A stretch of DNA of 64,000 nt from Adineta vaga (GCA_021613535.1 CP075494.1:13392001-13456000), one strand, 5' to 3'; shown: positions 1 through 17,679, counted from the stretch's first letter. Program-made: numbers and translations. Notes: generated by a model from the sequence alone, not told the origin.

Positions 1-2
1 AA

Positions 3-173
3 GCGACCTATGAATTATCCAAAAACAAAGTTGATGATGAAGAAGAATCATATCAGCGAGATGATGGAAGTGATGAGAAGAGTTCATCGTCAAGTGATAA
101 CGATGAAGAAGATGAAATTATATCACAGATTGAAGAAGATTTACAAATGATCGATAGCGAGGATGAAAATTGA
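3..173 (+). CDS. 3' end of an unidentified gene with an acidic C-terminal tail (partial, runs off the window start)
   Basis: Frame 3 is open: ATYELSKNKVDDEEESYQRDDGSDEKSSSSSDNDEEDEIISQIEEDLQMIDSEDEN, stop TGA 171-173, followed by AT-rich UTR-like sequence. Confidence 0.6.
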   Translation, partial: ATYELSKNKVDDEEESYQRDDGSDEKSSSSSDNDEEDEIISQIEEDLQMIDSEDEN

Positions 174-340
174 AGAATGTTTCTCATGTAAATTTTTTGT
201 TGTTGTTTTTTTTTCTTTGGACATAATTATTCATTTAAATTTAAACAGAACTATCTGTTATTCCAGCAAGAAAATAAAAAGCTTTTTCATAATAATTATT
301 CATTTAATTTATTTGAAAAAGCAAAAAGTACAAGTGAAAT

Positions 341-1312
341 TTACATTGATATCTTTCTAAAGCAACGTTTTCTTTCCATCCATAGAAATCTCTTCAATTC
401 ACGACGAAATCGTTCTGATGTTAATATATTTACATAGAATGAAACAGAAAATTGTGCATAATATACTGTCACGATAATAAATCGAATAAATCGTCGTTGA
501 AATTTATGTTTCAAAGAATTCTCTTTTTGCGATATAAAATACGATAAATAAATCAATCCACCCGTATAAAATAATGTGAATATAACACTAACAAAAACAT
601 TACTAATTAACATTAAACTTAAATAATGATTTCGTCATATGGAACGTCGATATAGAAGTACTCGTCGTTGAATAGAACGAAGTTTGTTCAATGTTAACAT
701 ACCAAAAATAACCATTAAACATGGAAATAGAAATCCTGATAAAATGAGATTATGTACAGAAATAAAAACAACATAAAAAGAATTCGAATAATAACAAAAA
801 TGATTTTCAATAGATATATCACTATAAATAATCATATGAGAAAGAATTATACTCCAAAATATAACAAGAGTATAAATAATTCGATTGGCCATGGATTTTG
901 TTAATAATCGACTGTAACAAGGTTTATTTACGCTAACCAAATATCGATTTATACAAGCGAAGAGTATATAACTTTGAGAGAGAAATCCTCCGATATTAAT
1001 GAAATAATTTCGAAGTTTACATAGAATTGATGAGTGATGAAATGGAGAAATACCAAAGCCATATTCAAGAATTGTACAAAGAAAACCAATATTTAATTGA
1101 AATGCATTAGCAAATGATGCAGCAAGAAAATAATGTGAACATGATGAAGAGATTAGATATGGACGACGAAAGATTATTGTATTTAATAAACATCCAATAT
1201 TACCAATAATAAATAATGTAATTAATAATGTATATGTCAATTGTGTTTGTAATGATTTCAATCTATCGATTATATATTGATCTTCGATGGTAATATTACT
1301 TATTGTATTCAT
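341..1312 (-). pseudogene. Intronless rhodopsin-like (class A) GPCR interrupted by one in-frame TGA at 637-635
   Basis: Seven hydrophobic segments across two ORFs, TM1 GNIGCLLN, CKLRNY, INRY (DRY-like), TM7 FYVNILTSERFR. ORFs 635..1312 and 341..613 share a frame: ...RRSI*RNHYLSLMLISN... Confidence 0.8.
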
Positions 1313-2174
1313 ATTGAAATGAAAACTAGAATAATTTTATGAGAAAACAAAGTAGAATATCAACAACAAACTGCGTACATAGTAATATTTTATTGTTAAA
1401 TAGAAATATCGCGTGTAGAAAGTGTTACATGCAACTTACAATATGACAGGTGATTCTATTATTAAAACTTTGTTATAGTTCCTTTCATTATCCAAAAGTT
1501 TCTATTCTGTAGTGATTAAATTTCTATAATCTCGAATTTAATATGAATAGAATTCACGTCTCAAAGAACAGATCTAACGAAAATCGAAGTAATAAATATA
1601 GCGAAATGTTAAAACTATTTTCTGATTCTATATGACTTAAAAGTATATGAAAACTCAAATTTATAAAATTTGAGTTAAACAGATGGTAATCTTATTGATT
1701 GTACTTTTTCCAGGGTTTATCTATTTTTTCAAAAATAACATGATTAAATTCATGGAGACTCCTCGATAAAAAAAAATTCTTCTCGGTAATATGAACAAAT
1801 AGAATTTATTTTTGACAAAACATATATTTTTTCAAAGAAAATAAAATAAATAACTGAAAGACACTCATGAAATCACATTATTTCCCCAAAAAAGATATTT
1901 GATTGTAAAAAGTATACTTACACATTGAAATAGTTCTTTGTCATCCATAGAAAAATCTTCTTAGCACGAACTTATCTATTATTTATAGTCGTATCCGACA
2001 CGCAATGAAACTATTTCAAATATATTACAATTAGATATCATTAGAATGGAATTAGACAGCTCTTTCATGATAAGTATCAACATTAGATTTATTCAAATAA
2101 ATGCAAAGAAATAAGAATCTGATGTTCATGTCATATCTATTTGAACTAAATTTATCTAACATTAAAAACAGTTA

Positions 2175-2955
2175 TTATCTTCGAAAAATTGTTTGATTAT
2201 TAAGTAGATATATTGGATAATTAATCATCGTGGTTGTTTTCAATGATTTGATATAATCCAGAAGTTCTGTTTGAAGAATTTCATTTTCTTTGAGAAGAGG
2301 ATCTTTATCTTTCGTTGACGAACGTCGTCGTGAATGTCTTGTACTAGTTTTAGTTAATTCAATATTCATTCGATGAAGTTTAACCAATTCAGTCTCGAGT
2401 AAAGTGATACGTTGAAAACGTTTACGTGTTTCATCATCGAGTAAAGATTGATTGATTGCTGTAAGATATTGTTTATAAGATTCATCAATTGATATCGAAG
2501 TTTGAATTGATTGATCACATTCTGGTGAATTTGATGTTGCTACAGGTGGAAGTTGTTGACGTCGAGGATCTAGAGAATGAGAGGAACAAGATTTAAAAAA
2601 TATTTTTATGACATTGTTTACCTCGATTCGTTGAAGGATTGATCATGGAATCAAGTCCATAACTGCTACTAAGAAATGAAGCAAATTCTTGAGCATTATT
2701 AACGGAAGGTTGTTGTAAGGGAATTTGTTCTATTTTTGGAGGATTCGCATTGATCAATGCTTGAATTAACTGTGAATTCAAACCTAAAGTTTTGAAAAAA
2801 TCGACAACATTATTATTTGTTATCGATTGATTTTGATTTGTAGGTATTGGTGATGAAACGGTGGGTGTGTTATCATCAGTACGACGAAGTTCCGATCGAG
2901 AACGATCACGTTGTCGAGGATCACGATTCCGATTGATTTCATTCTTCGAAGACAT
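2175..2955 (-). CDS. Uncharacterised two-exon protein with two RDPR motifs and a C-terminal coiled-coil-like region
   Basis: Exons 2955-2622 and 2569-2175. The 52-nt GT-AG intron 2621-2570 joins ORF 2593..2955 in frame to ORF 2175..2387 (..STNR/DPRRQQLPP..). Confidence 0.7.
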
Positions 2956-3324
2956 GGTTTTGAATTATTGACAATCAACTGTTTGATTTACTACTACTAC
3001 TATTTTGTTGATGATTCATGTAGATATATAGAGATGGATGGGTGTGTGTGTAAATCTAGAAAATAAACAACCAACAAAATACTATAGGAAAGATGGTGCA
3101 CTTAGTCATTGTCCGAATGTTGATTAAATAAAATAATTACATAATATTTGAAAATTGACAATAAGATTAAATTTTTTATTTCCTATTGTGTCATAAGAAA
3201 ATAGTTCGAGAACTAATCAGATCAGAATGATACTTTTGTATTGAATAAAAATTGATTTCGTTTGTGAAAAAAAGATGAAATCATGTGTATTGTGGTTCAT
3301 TAACTTCCGGTTGAGCAGTACGAA

Positions 3325-3414
3325 CCCGCGATAGCTCAGTTGGTAGAGCGGAAGACTGTAGATGTGTAAAATGCTGTTATCTTTAGGTCACTGGTTCAAC
3401 TCCGGTTCGCGGGA
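3325..3414 (+). tRNA. tRNA-Tyr(GTA) with a 17-nt intron (3362-3378)
   Basis: Acceptor stem CCCGCGA/TCGCGGG, D arm AGCTCAGTTGGTAGAGC, anticodon GTA 3358-3360, intron at the canonical 37/38 position, T loop GGTTCAACTCC, T-run terminator immediately downstream. Confidence 0.95.
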
Positions 3415-3926
3415 CTTTTGTTTTTTAATATCAATTCAAATGAAAAACAATAAAGTAATAAGATACAAGTTTTCTTGTTTTACGCATTCATTATTATTGT
3501 TTCGAAATGAAAATACATACTGTTATATATCATTATGTATGTATGTTATGTTTTTTTTTTCAATATGATAAGCAAAACAAAATCGATTAGTTTCAGATAT
3601 CGATAAGTTCTTAATTAATATGCACAAAAAACAAGAGAAGAAAAGAGTGAGAGAAAAGGATCTGCTGTTATATACTGTTATTTAAATCCAACGAGTACGT
3701 ACATACATACACACACAGAAATCGATTATAGGTATATATATGTATATGTAAATAAATATAAATATAACTGGTTTAAATCATGTCCTTGAATAGAATGAAG
3801 AATAGAACTAATGTAGAAAGAATATTTGACTGGTGGCTACATGTATATCGAACTAAATATATATGTATATGTGTGTGTGTGTGTGTGTGATATTTGCTAA
3901 GATTGATATTGTTTACATAAGAAATT

Positions 3927-5671
3927 TCAATGCCATCCAGGAGAAGCGTTACCATCATCGTCATCATCATCATTGTCTGTTAGATCATGTTCGTCAGCAA
4001 AACGAAAATCATCTTCATCGGTTAAATCAGAACCATGAGATACATCTTCATCATCGTCATCATCGAAGAGAAAATCGTATCTAAATGACGAAAAAGAAAA
4101 TGAACAATGTTTGATGTCAAATATAAACGAAATAAACTTACTCATCAAAGAATCGACCGAAATCTTCATTTGAAAACACAGATACCATCAGAACATCGGA
4201 GAAATTTTCTAATTCTCCACGAGCATTGATACGTTGTCGACGACGTGGTGGACCAAGTTGAACAGGTTGACCATGTTTATCAACATGTAAATAGAAACAT
4301 TTCGAACCAAATGGACATAAACCTTCACCACGTTTGAAAAATTTACAATGAATTTGTCTATGAAAGAAAAAAAGTCGATTAGCAAACTATGTATTGCATT
4401 TCGTTCGTAATGATGTGAATGTCTATGATTTGAACTAATAAACTCAATGAAAAGTTTACTCTTAAATTATAAATAAAACTGATTGACTTACTGAAGATTT
4501 TCTTTATATGATTTGATTAATTCTTGTTTCGATTGCTCATTTTCTGGCCAGTATTTTGTTGGTGTTACGAAATCGGATTTAATTCGACATTCCGGGCTAA
4601 AATATTCGAATAAATATTTCATCTATTATTAAACAGGAGAACATCAATTTTCTTACCAAGCTTTTACGACTTTATGTTCATAATTTGATGATGAACGCCA
4701 TTTTCTTATACATTCCAAGCAGAAAATATGATCGCAATTTTCTAATATACCAAAACGTTTATCACCATCTCTATCCCATACTGTTTCTAGACAAACACCA
4801 CATTTTTTATCTTGACTACGTTGAATAGCAAAGGCTTCTTCACATTCAGCTTCATGTTTTCTTAGACATTCCTTTAAAGAAATAATAACAACAATGGACG
4901 TCACTTTCAAAAGAAAAATCTTACTAATCGATGTTGTTCTCGTTGCTTTTCATTATTTGGATGTAATGCTGGCATTTCACAAAGATCACAGAGATCACCA
5001 TGAATATATGGACAATAACGTCCTGTCTCTAGTGCTTCACATACACCTTCTTTTTCAGCATATGGACATAATGATTGTAGAAAATAAGTTGGATGTGTGG
5101 GAGAATATTCTTGAGTATTATGAATGGACGGATCAATCATATCGTCATTACCACGACAAACATTTGCATAGCTCATTGGTGCTAAAAAAAAACAAATTTG
5201 TAACGAGAAAAACCAAGATTTTTTTATGTAAGATATTCACCTCCTCCATTGACAAACTGAGATTTAGTATTAACAAAATTTTGTATGACTGGAAGATTAG
5301 GACGATATGAAACAGGTTGAAACGTTGTAGTAGTTATATTAGTAGTAGTAGATGTATGTGGTTTTGGTCGAACATGATCATATCTGTGAGAAAATAAATG
5401 AAATTTTAATATTATTTCATTCGAAATTACCTGCATCTGTCACCGTAACTACATTTTCCTTGCAAATAGTACCGACAAACATTATTGACTTGACCAGTCG
5501 ATCGATCATGTGAATAAATACATTTGTCACCATAACGACATGCATTGGAAAGAAAAAATCTAAATATCATTCGAGAATTAGTAATAAACAAAAGACAAAC
5601 TATGACTCGATGACAAACCGGCAAATTTCTCGTGGTTGTTCCGTTGAATAAACAGCAATATTCGACGCCAT
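3927..5671 (-). CDS. MKRN: Makorin RING/C3H zinc-finger E3 ligase
   Basis: 8 exons (5671-5619, 5559-5431, 5383-5241, 5181-4925, 4871-4657, 4596-4492, 4357-4142, 4080-3927) all splice in frame. C3H fingers (CRFFLSNACRYGDKCIYSH; CRYYLQGKCSYGDRCRYDH), makorin motif CPYIHGDLCDLC, RING CGVCLE..FGILENCDHIFCLECIRKWR..CPECR, final C3H CKFFKRGEGLCPFGSKCFYLH. Confidence 0.93.
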
Positions 5672-7480
5672 CCAAATAATTTTGATTAACAACTAAAATA
5701 TATAAATGCAATTTAAAACCTAGTGACAAGAATGAAATTTTGCTAGTGATATTAGATTGGATAATTCATACAAAAAAAACAAAAATTTACGAATTATGAA
5801 ATGTCTTTTTTGTGTGAAATATATATATATATACACTTGAAAAACGATGTCTGTGTTTGTATGTGTCATCATTTTAACTTGAAAGCGATAGTAGACAACC
5901 AATGAAAGGATAAGAGTTACTTGGCTTTCGAACTATAACGTGCTTAGTAGCGATCATTAATTCTTCAACAGATTGTTGTTTAAATAATAATAATCATCAT
6001 CATCAGATACATTCTTTCATTTAACTAAGATAACTTGGATTAGAATATGAAGCGCTTCAATTCAAAAGGATTTCACTGAGCCAGCCACTACTGACATCTA
6101 TTGAGGAAAAATTCATAGTTCCTTTTCAAACATCACAAAATAAATATACATAGTAAGACTGTAATTATGACATCACGTCTACACATCAAAAGCGATTGAT
6201 AGTTAGTAGAAGAAAGAATTTTATGCATAAAATTGTAGTGCAAATATCAGAGTGATGGGAGTGTTAAATCGTTTCATAAGCCGATTTTTATTCAACAGTC
6301 TTCATAGATTATTGATCCTTTTATCATACTTTCCTAGCGTTTGATATACATCATTTATAGTAGTATTATAATTCATTGTAAAATCTGTTGAGAAATTTTT
6401 TTCTGTACAGTATAAGTATGTATGTATGTGTGTATGTTTTGTTTTTGCTTCATTTCAAGATATCTAAGTACATGTGTTTAACGTGTCAACAAACATCTGT
6501 GCTGTGATTTACTATTTATAAAGTATCGGCTGACTCGTCACATCATGTCGGATGATTGGCGTTAATTGCTGTTGTGTTGTCAGTGATGATGTACAGTTAA
6601 ATGAAGGAGAGAAATTGATCGTTATCTAGCTTGTTAATCAAGTGCTCTTGCTCTTTTCTTTGACTATGAGGGAAAGAGAAGAGTTAATCGGATGATGATT
6701 GTCTATCAATTGCCTTTCAATTAGCTTTCTACATGACCTTTAAACGCGACGATAGTCAAATGAATTAGTAGAAATGATAAACGAGTGTCATTTGTTGAGT
6801 TAAGATAAAGAGTCTAACGAACAGTTGCAAATTTATTCTCTTGTTTATTAGGAAAAGAAAAAGATAATGATGTGAATGAAATTCTATTGTCAAAATATGG
6901 GCGGGCGTACATATCATGATGATGATTGTTTATTGATCGACACCCATTAGAGAGAGAGAGAGAAAGAAGACAGGCGTTTTTTTCTGTCATATATGTCCTG
7001 ATTGATTTTTTTGCTTTAACAAGAGAAAAAATGGATCATCAGTACTTTTACCACCCGTTGTGTACCATAGCGTGTTTTGTCATCAAAAAGTGTCCGTGAT
7101 TAACTTGTCAGTTAGTGACAGGAGACTAACTGAAATCGATTGATAGAAAGTTTCCTTTTCTTTTCTGTCTAAAACCGAGGTGATTGCGTGTTACTAATCG
7201 TTTTTTCGGTCGAACGAAGAAGCTGTGACAACGTTCAAACTCATTTGATGTATTATATAGGCAACATAATCCAGCAATCATCGATAGAATAATACTAGTC
7301 AGGCGACGAATCAAGCTGTGTATATGATACAATTCAGTTTTATTCGTTGAGAAAAGACGACGAAAGAGAAGAGAGAAGAAAAAAAAATATACACATACAA
7401 ACTGTTGCTGTTTTTAAATAATGTTTTTTTTTCAACAAAAGAAAACAACACTGATTATTCTAAATGATTTGATTCGATAA

Positions 7481-10398
<2,918 letters not shown>

Positions 10399-10834
10399 TC
10401 TTCGTGAGTCTATATGTGTGTGTATATGTTGTAGTGTCGCGCTTTTTTGTGCTTTGCTACCACCCAATAATTACTCGGGCGGCGTCGGCGAGTTGCTAAC
10501 TCGTATGTTCACACTCTCTCTTTCTCTTTTCTCGCAATTCGATTCGTCAGTTTCTTTTTTCTTCTCGCTCTCTTTTTTTTTTCTTTCTCTCTTTTTCTTT
10601 TCGTTTGCTTTCTTTTGATTGATACTGCTCGTAACACATGATGTGCGAGCGAGCGACACTCTCCACACCATTATGACACTCGGAACAGACCGGAGGCCTC
10701 TCACGCATATAATTAAACTACTGTTTCTCTCTGTCTTTCTCTCTCTCTCTCCTTCCCGTTCTTCTGTTTCTCTTCGTTCGCTAGCTAATCACGGCGCCGT
10801 CACATATTTATGGTAATTTTTTCTGCCAATCCCT

Positions 10835-10863
10835 GAGCACAACTATGCTCGACAGTTGTGCTC
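10835..10863. repeat. Perfect 10-bp inverted repeat (GAGCACAACT-9 nt-AGTTGTGCTC) upstream of Tbx2/3
   Basis: Read directly from the sequence; function unknown. Confidence 0.6.
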
Positions 10864-13800
10864 GAAAAGCAAAAAAAAACCGAGAAGGAAAGAAAAAGAA
10901 GAGAAGAGCAACGAGCACTAATTTGCTACTACTGCCGGTGCAATGTTGTGTGTGTATATATGCGCGTCTAAAGCCGATTAGGTCAAAATGTTAAATTGAT
11001 CCAGACGACATGATTTCTCACTCGAATCGAATCTTCGCATTGCCATTTTCATTATTTGTTATACCTATTTAGTCTCGACAAAGACATGCGAAGAAAAACA
11101 ATATTGATCGATTCGAATCAATAATAAGACAAAAGAGAGGCGGAGAAAGGAAATGAAGACATACGCATCTAATAATAAGAATGATACACACAAACTCTAA
11201 TCCTTATCAATTAATCAAGTGACGATCATCACGAGAGAGAGAGAGAGAAAGAAAGAGTCAATAGCCGACCAGACTATATTGGTCGAGAGTAGATTAACAA
11301 ACGCGCGATCGAACGATTCTTGTGCTCAACGATTGCGTGTGAATAGGACCTAAAAGAAATGCAAATATTGAAAAATTAAGCATTTTCATAAAATCAAAAT
11401 CAATCGAAATTTCTTTCTTTTTTTTTCATCAAAATCAAACCAATGAACATATTGTTAAGATTGAAATCACAATTTTTTATTCCGTGTTGAACAACCCTGC
11501 GGTTAATTTTTTTTTTTCGTTGAGTAAATGAAGTGTTTTGTGATTATAACACGCACTAGCAAAGCAACAAACATAAATATATCGAGATAGATATATATAT
11601 TAGTGTGACAATAAAATAAAACGTTCTCAATATAATGATTGGTATCAAATCCATTGATAATTATGTTGTTAGATTTAATGGAGCGAGTCAATTTATTTCT
11701 CTCGTTTTTACGCTCTTTATCAAAAATAATTATCTCGATCAATGTGAAAATGCATATCATTTTTGTTACTTTAACACATCGTTATAGAGGTGAAGAACTC
11801 AAGGGAGCTTTGATGAGTAAAAAAGGCGAGCAAATGTTGCTTTTTTTTCTTCCCTTCAACTTCATCATTTCGTATTCATTTGCATACATAACTTCTTCGT
11901 CTTCGTTTTTCTTCCTCGAATAATGACATGATATACTGACAGAAGAACAGCACTTTCATTTTCTTCTCGTTTACTCTCTCTCTCTCTCTCTTTATCGTAT
12001 ATGTTATCTACAATGTATATGTGTATACAATTGATTGCACTTTCTTGTTCGTTTGAATGATTTCAAGTATTACCGCCGCCGATGAACTACTTTGAATCGA
12101 AAGAAAGACAAATAAGTTAACTTTAACATTGAATTCTTAGAACGGTGGGAGAGACATTTTCCTTATCCGTCTTTGTCGTGCTATCGTTTGTTCTCATAAT
12201 TACTACAAGTCATCTTCTCCTCCTCTTCTTTCTTCTTCTTCTTCTTCATTTTTTCTTCGTCGATTTCTGATGTAGAACATAAGCAGGAAGTCATCATCCA
12301 TCTTTGTCTTCCTAATTACCAGATAGTGATCGCATGTATATTAGCAGTAAAAGAGAAGTCACGCTCTCTCTCTCGCTTGTTTCTTTTTTGTATCTGTTCT
12401 TTTGACAAGATCAGATTGGTTCATTGTGTGAGAAAATTAGCACGAGTCTAATTTCTATTGGTTATGAACTGAAGAAAACAAATTCATGATGAAGAAGGAA
12501 AAAAGAAGACCGAATCTCGAAATTCAATATATGCAGAAAAAAATTGTGAATTTGATTGAATTATGCAAATGAATATCGGCGTGCAGCATCACGCCTTAAA
12601 TGACTAATAAGTGGATATGAACGAAGAACACTTCAGATCACTTTTTGTTTCGGATCAGGTTGATCACGATCAAAAATCAATTTAATTTTTTCTTCTTCTT
12701 TTCGTCTCGAATAAAACCAGTATGTACTATTCTTTTACATGCATCCAATTTTGAAATCACAAACAAGAAGATTGAAAGGCGTCGTTTAATAATTTTGTAA
12801 CACTTATCCTTCTCTATGGACAAAGTAAACAGAAAAATTGTTCATCATCATCATCGATAAGACATGAAGTGAGATATCTATTTATTCAAGTCAACATCCT
12901 GTTCTCTATTGCAACTGATCATGACAGGTACACTCCAAGTTTACGTGCAAATTTCCCATTCGTATGCTAATTCGAAATATACAGTCTAGTAAAGTCACGC
13001 CCCAAACAATTTATTCAGCATGCTAAGCTTTACTTTAAATTTATGGCGTCATTCAATATCTGAACGAATGCATGTCTATAGACCGTTTTCGAAGTTCATT
13101 CATGCCGATAATGATTAAACTTGAATAAGATAAGAAGAACAAGATCATATATATATACATATAAGTGAATCGGTCAAGTGAAAAGATAGAAACAACAATA
13201 ACAAATCAAATCGAACATAAATATTTCGGAGAGAAAGAAAGTGAAAGCACTCAGCAGGTAATATAAATTTCAATAAAACAAGACAAAACAGAGATTATTT
13301 TATATTAAAAAAATATGAGACAAAAATGCAAAATAGAATGGGGAAAATCAAAAGCAAAACAAATCGCGTGACAATTGAAAGTGAAACTGATAATAGAAGC
13401 TGCCACTGGCGGCAAAATGCCAGATTTGATGAAAAAGAAAATTGATCATCGCCTTGACTGTCATCATTATCATTTCACTCCAGTGTCTCCCAATGTTAGA
13501 CATTGAAGCAAAAAGGGAATATAAAAAAGAAACGAGGCATTGTCCATCAATAATGATATCAATCTTTAAGAAGAAGAAGAAGAAGAAGAAAACTTTGTCT
13601 TTAGTTCAGAATAAATGACATATGTGAATAAGACAAGATGGAACGTACGTGCGTGCGTGCATACATATATGCGCGTGTGTTAATGATAATCAACTTTCTG
13701 GCAACGGATCCGATGGTGCAACATGCAAACATAACACAACTCATTGTCATAAAGAAAGAACATAGATTAATCAAAAGTTGATACAAGCCGGATGTATATG

Positions 13801-16800
13801 AAATGATATAGTCAAGGTCTATCTTAGTAAATAAAATACATCATTGAACAAACAAATAAAAAATCAATAATAAATATGCAAAACTTGAGAAAAACTATTC
13901 ATAGACAAAATTGATAATCCATTTATTTTCATGTTATCAACGGTAAATTGAGTATTTTAATCAACTAGTCTGTAGTTCATTCATTCCAATGACCGATCAA
14001 TTGCTTATATACTACATAATAGTTGTCATCATTTTTATATAAATAGTTTACTACTCGAAAACATAAAAAGTGTCCAATGAAAATTTGCATAAAGATATAA
14101 TGACACAATATTTCAAGTTTGACAGATTATAGTTGAAAAATCATGAATTTTTTTATCAAATCTTTGTTAATCGTTGTATTATTTCTATAAGGGCCTAAAG
14201 ATTTGTGATAAATACTAGTTAGGATATTTTCTTTTAAGATAAATGTCGATTGTTTTATTCAAGGAAGTAATCAGTTAAATGATAGTATCAGAGTTAATAA
14301 TAAGTTAGTGAACATAAGTCTACATCATAACTTACTATATCATTATTGAAAGCGTAAAATTAACAAGATTTTGATGTATTTTCATGTTTATATAAAAAAT
14401 ACTAAATCAAACGAACAGTATCGGTTGTCTTGTCTATTCATTGCATTATTATGGATCTAAAAGACTAAGTATGTCATTATTTCTGAGTCTATTACATTTT
14501 AAATGATGTCTCATTTTCAAGTCTTTCTTGTTCCAAGCTGATAATTTCTTTTTTCAGAATTATAACGACGTGCTTTTTTCATATGGATAAATCGTAGAAG
14601 AGATCTTCTGATTTGAAGTTATTTATATAGTGCACATATATATAATTATGCCAATTAGTTTGTGATAGGATATATATTTATTTTGAAAAAAATCAATTAT
14701 TCATTGATCTGAATAATTCGATCCTAGAATCTTTGAGATGTATATCGGTAAGACTTAATATCGAAAGATTCGTTTGATTATTCTACGAAAAACATATGTC
14801 AATGGTAATAGAATAATATTTCTACATGAAATGTATTATTTTGAAATGTTTCGAGATATGATCAATCGCTTAATCATGAAAATTTCATTATATATGGTTT
14901 TAAGACAATACAAGTAAACTAGTCTGATCTCTATACAAAATGTTGAGTATTTGTTCTACAAATCGATTCAATTCTTGTTGACATTCAGTAAACTGATAAT
15001 CAAATTTTTCAAGACTAATTCTTTTAATCGATTCGATCAACAGAGATTTGACATAGAAAGAAATTATATTTTATCCATGAAATTCTCTTCATGTCAAAGA
15101 TAATCAATACTTTTCGAAATATTCAATGAATCTTCGTTTGTTTTTTAATGTACATTTCGAATAATTCAAAACTAGATAGATAAATTTACACTATTATTTC
15201 TTCGTACAAATAAAATATATATTCATCTATATTGTGGTTTGTATTCGTAACGGCTAATTCCATTATTTTCTCTTTCTTATACACTATCTTTACCATACAA
15301 ACAATATTTACTTTGCCAGTCATCTTTCGTCAGCAATCTCGTCATAAATATAAGTCTTTATTGTATTCATTCTTGTCGTTTTTCGTTATTCCATTCTATC
15401 ATAATCATTTCGAATAGAAACCTCTGTTTCGTAGTTAATTATATTATTCAATGAAGCAAATATTTTTCTAATGAAAATCATTAACTAAATGTACAAGTCA
15501 AAGGTATCATTCATTGTCCGGATCTTTATCTGATGAAAAAATGAGAAGTTCTTTTCTTCAAATGTTAGAAACGACAATTGATAGTTTCTTATGACATCTT
15601 ATGTGAGAATCTTCTTTTCAATATTCTATTATTACGATTTCTTTTTGCATCATTGATATGCTATCAAATAACTCCACTATTTCTATATGATACTTTAAAC
15701 TACTTGAGATTCTTTCTTTCATTCATTATTTATCGTTCGTTTGTTTCTCTGCAAAATTGTTGAATCCAATCCGATTGATCGTCGATTCTGAGAATTACTG
15801 AGGAAAAGAAAGTCAAAAAATAATTCTTCAATAAAAACAATTCACGATTATTGAATTATCTATAATTTATATTATGACGTCATTCGACGACATACTTCTT
15901 GTTATATTTTGAATTTATTCAACTTAAAAAAAAACCCACATTGCTTCAGCTGAAATGAAACGTGCTCGTCACATTTATTGTTTTGTTCTTGTTATTGAAT
16001 AACAATTATCAATGCACTCTCTTCATATGCATATTTAGTTGATGACAACAGAACAACATCCTCATCATCGTTCTTTCACTTGTCCACAAGAGACTATATG
16101 CATTCGTTGCGATAGTTTTACGACGTGTGCGTGTGTGACGAAGAGAAATAGTAACAAGTTCCTAAATGCGTGTTTGTCGATTGAATACAAAAAGAAAAAT
16201 ATAGATACAATCGTAGACTGTCTCCTAACTGAGTTCATCATTTATATTAACAGAACAAAAAGAAAACGAAACTATCAGATGAATGTCATCGTTGATAATG
16301 GATTATTAGAAAAGATAAATACGATAGTAAGTTATTCATTCATTTTCTTTATTAATTCACATGTGAAATGATACGATATTTATATTAAAATCTTGTTTAG
16401 AATACCAAATGATTTAGAATATTAAAAAAAAAACGACTTTATATTCGAGTCATAAATATCTTCATTGAGTTAAAAAGGTCGTTAGAACGTACTCTATTTG
16501 CAAGTGACTACAACTATTTTTTTTTCTTTTTCTTTTTTATTTTATTCCTGATATAATCACGAGATATAGCGTGCAAAATGAATAGTGATCAAGCGAATAG
16601 AAGAGGAAGACATAAACATATTGGCTTTATGTCGTCAAGACGACGATGAGCATTATGAATGAAGAAATTCACCTATTGAAAATCAATTATATCATCGAGT
16701 TATTTCCGAGTAATAGCAAAAAAACATATCAGCTAGAGATGAACGATGAGGATAGGCTTTCTCCTATTACAAATCTTCTAATTTACTGTTTTCTCTCTCT

Positions 16801-17679
16801 CTCTCTCTCTCGATGTAAATATTCATTTAATTAGTAGATGGAATCGATTTTTTCCTCTGGAGTATTACAAGTATCATCGAATATCTAATTTAATAGAAAC
16901 TAATTTCTCAAATATTTAGAAATATGTTTTCAAACGAACGAAGAATTTATAAGTGGTATTTCACATGATATTCTCTCTATCTTTATTTTCTTTCTTCAAT
17001 AACGTTATTCGTTAGGGTAGAATGATTCTATTTCTCACCCCTACATATCAACGTGTACAGGTGATTGTCCTTCTTCTTATTCATGTCATTTTTCTGTTCG
17101 AAATAGATATGAAAAATAAACGCGCATAGATGAAAAATAGTCGTTTACACAAACATGTGCGTTCTTCTTCATTACATTTTCACTAGTTAATACCATCATC
17201 TGCTTAAAAGGTAGACACGCACAAGATCTTCCGGTGTGTCATTTAGTTTTTTTTCATCTCACCCTCGATCAATTTAATGATTTTATGTTTATTTTCTGAG
17301 AAGAAATCCATTTTCATTTTCTTAAATACCAAAGAGCGACAAGAAATAGTTAACTAGCAAAGTATGATCGGAAATATATATATATATATATATATAGAGT
17401 AATTTAGAAAAAAATCCTCAAAAGAACATTTTTTTTTCAAACGAACCGAAACGAGAGTAAAGAATAAGGAAAAGACGAGACTAACGCTCCGATGAGTTTC
17501 ATTGCATTTGAAGAAAGAAAAAGAACAAACACAAAAAATATTTTTCTTTCCACGTCTTTCCTTGGAAAACGTTACAGCTTAAAGAATCGTATTTATCTTT
17601 TATTGATTCCACCGTCATTAGAAGAAAACGATTCGTTCAATTTCTTTTCATCTTCTTTTTTTGTTTTTCTAGATTTAAA

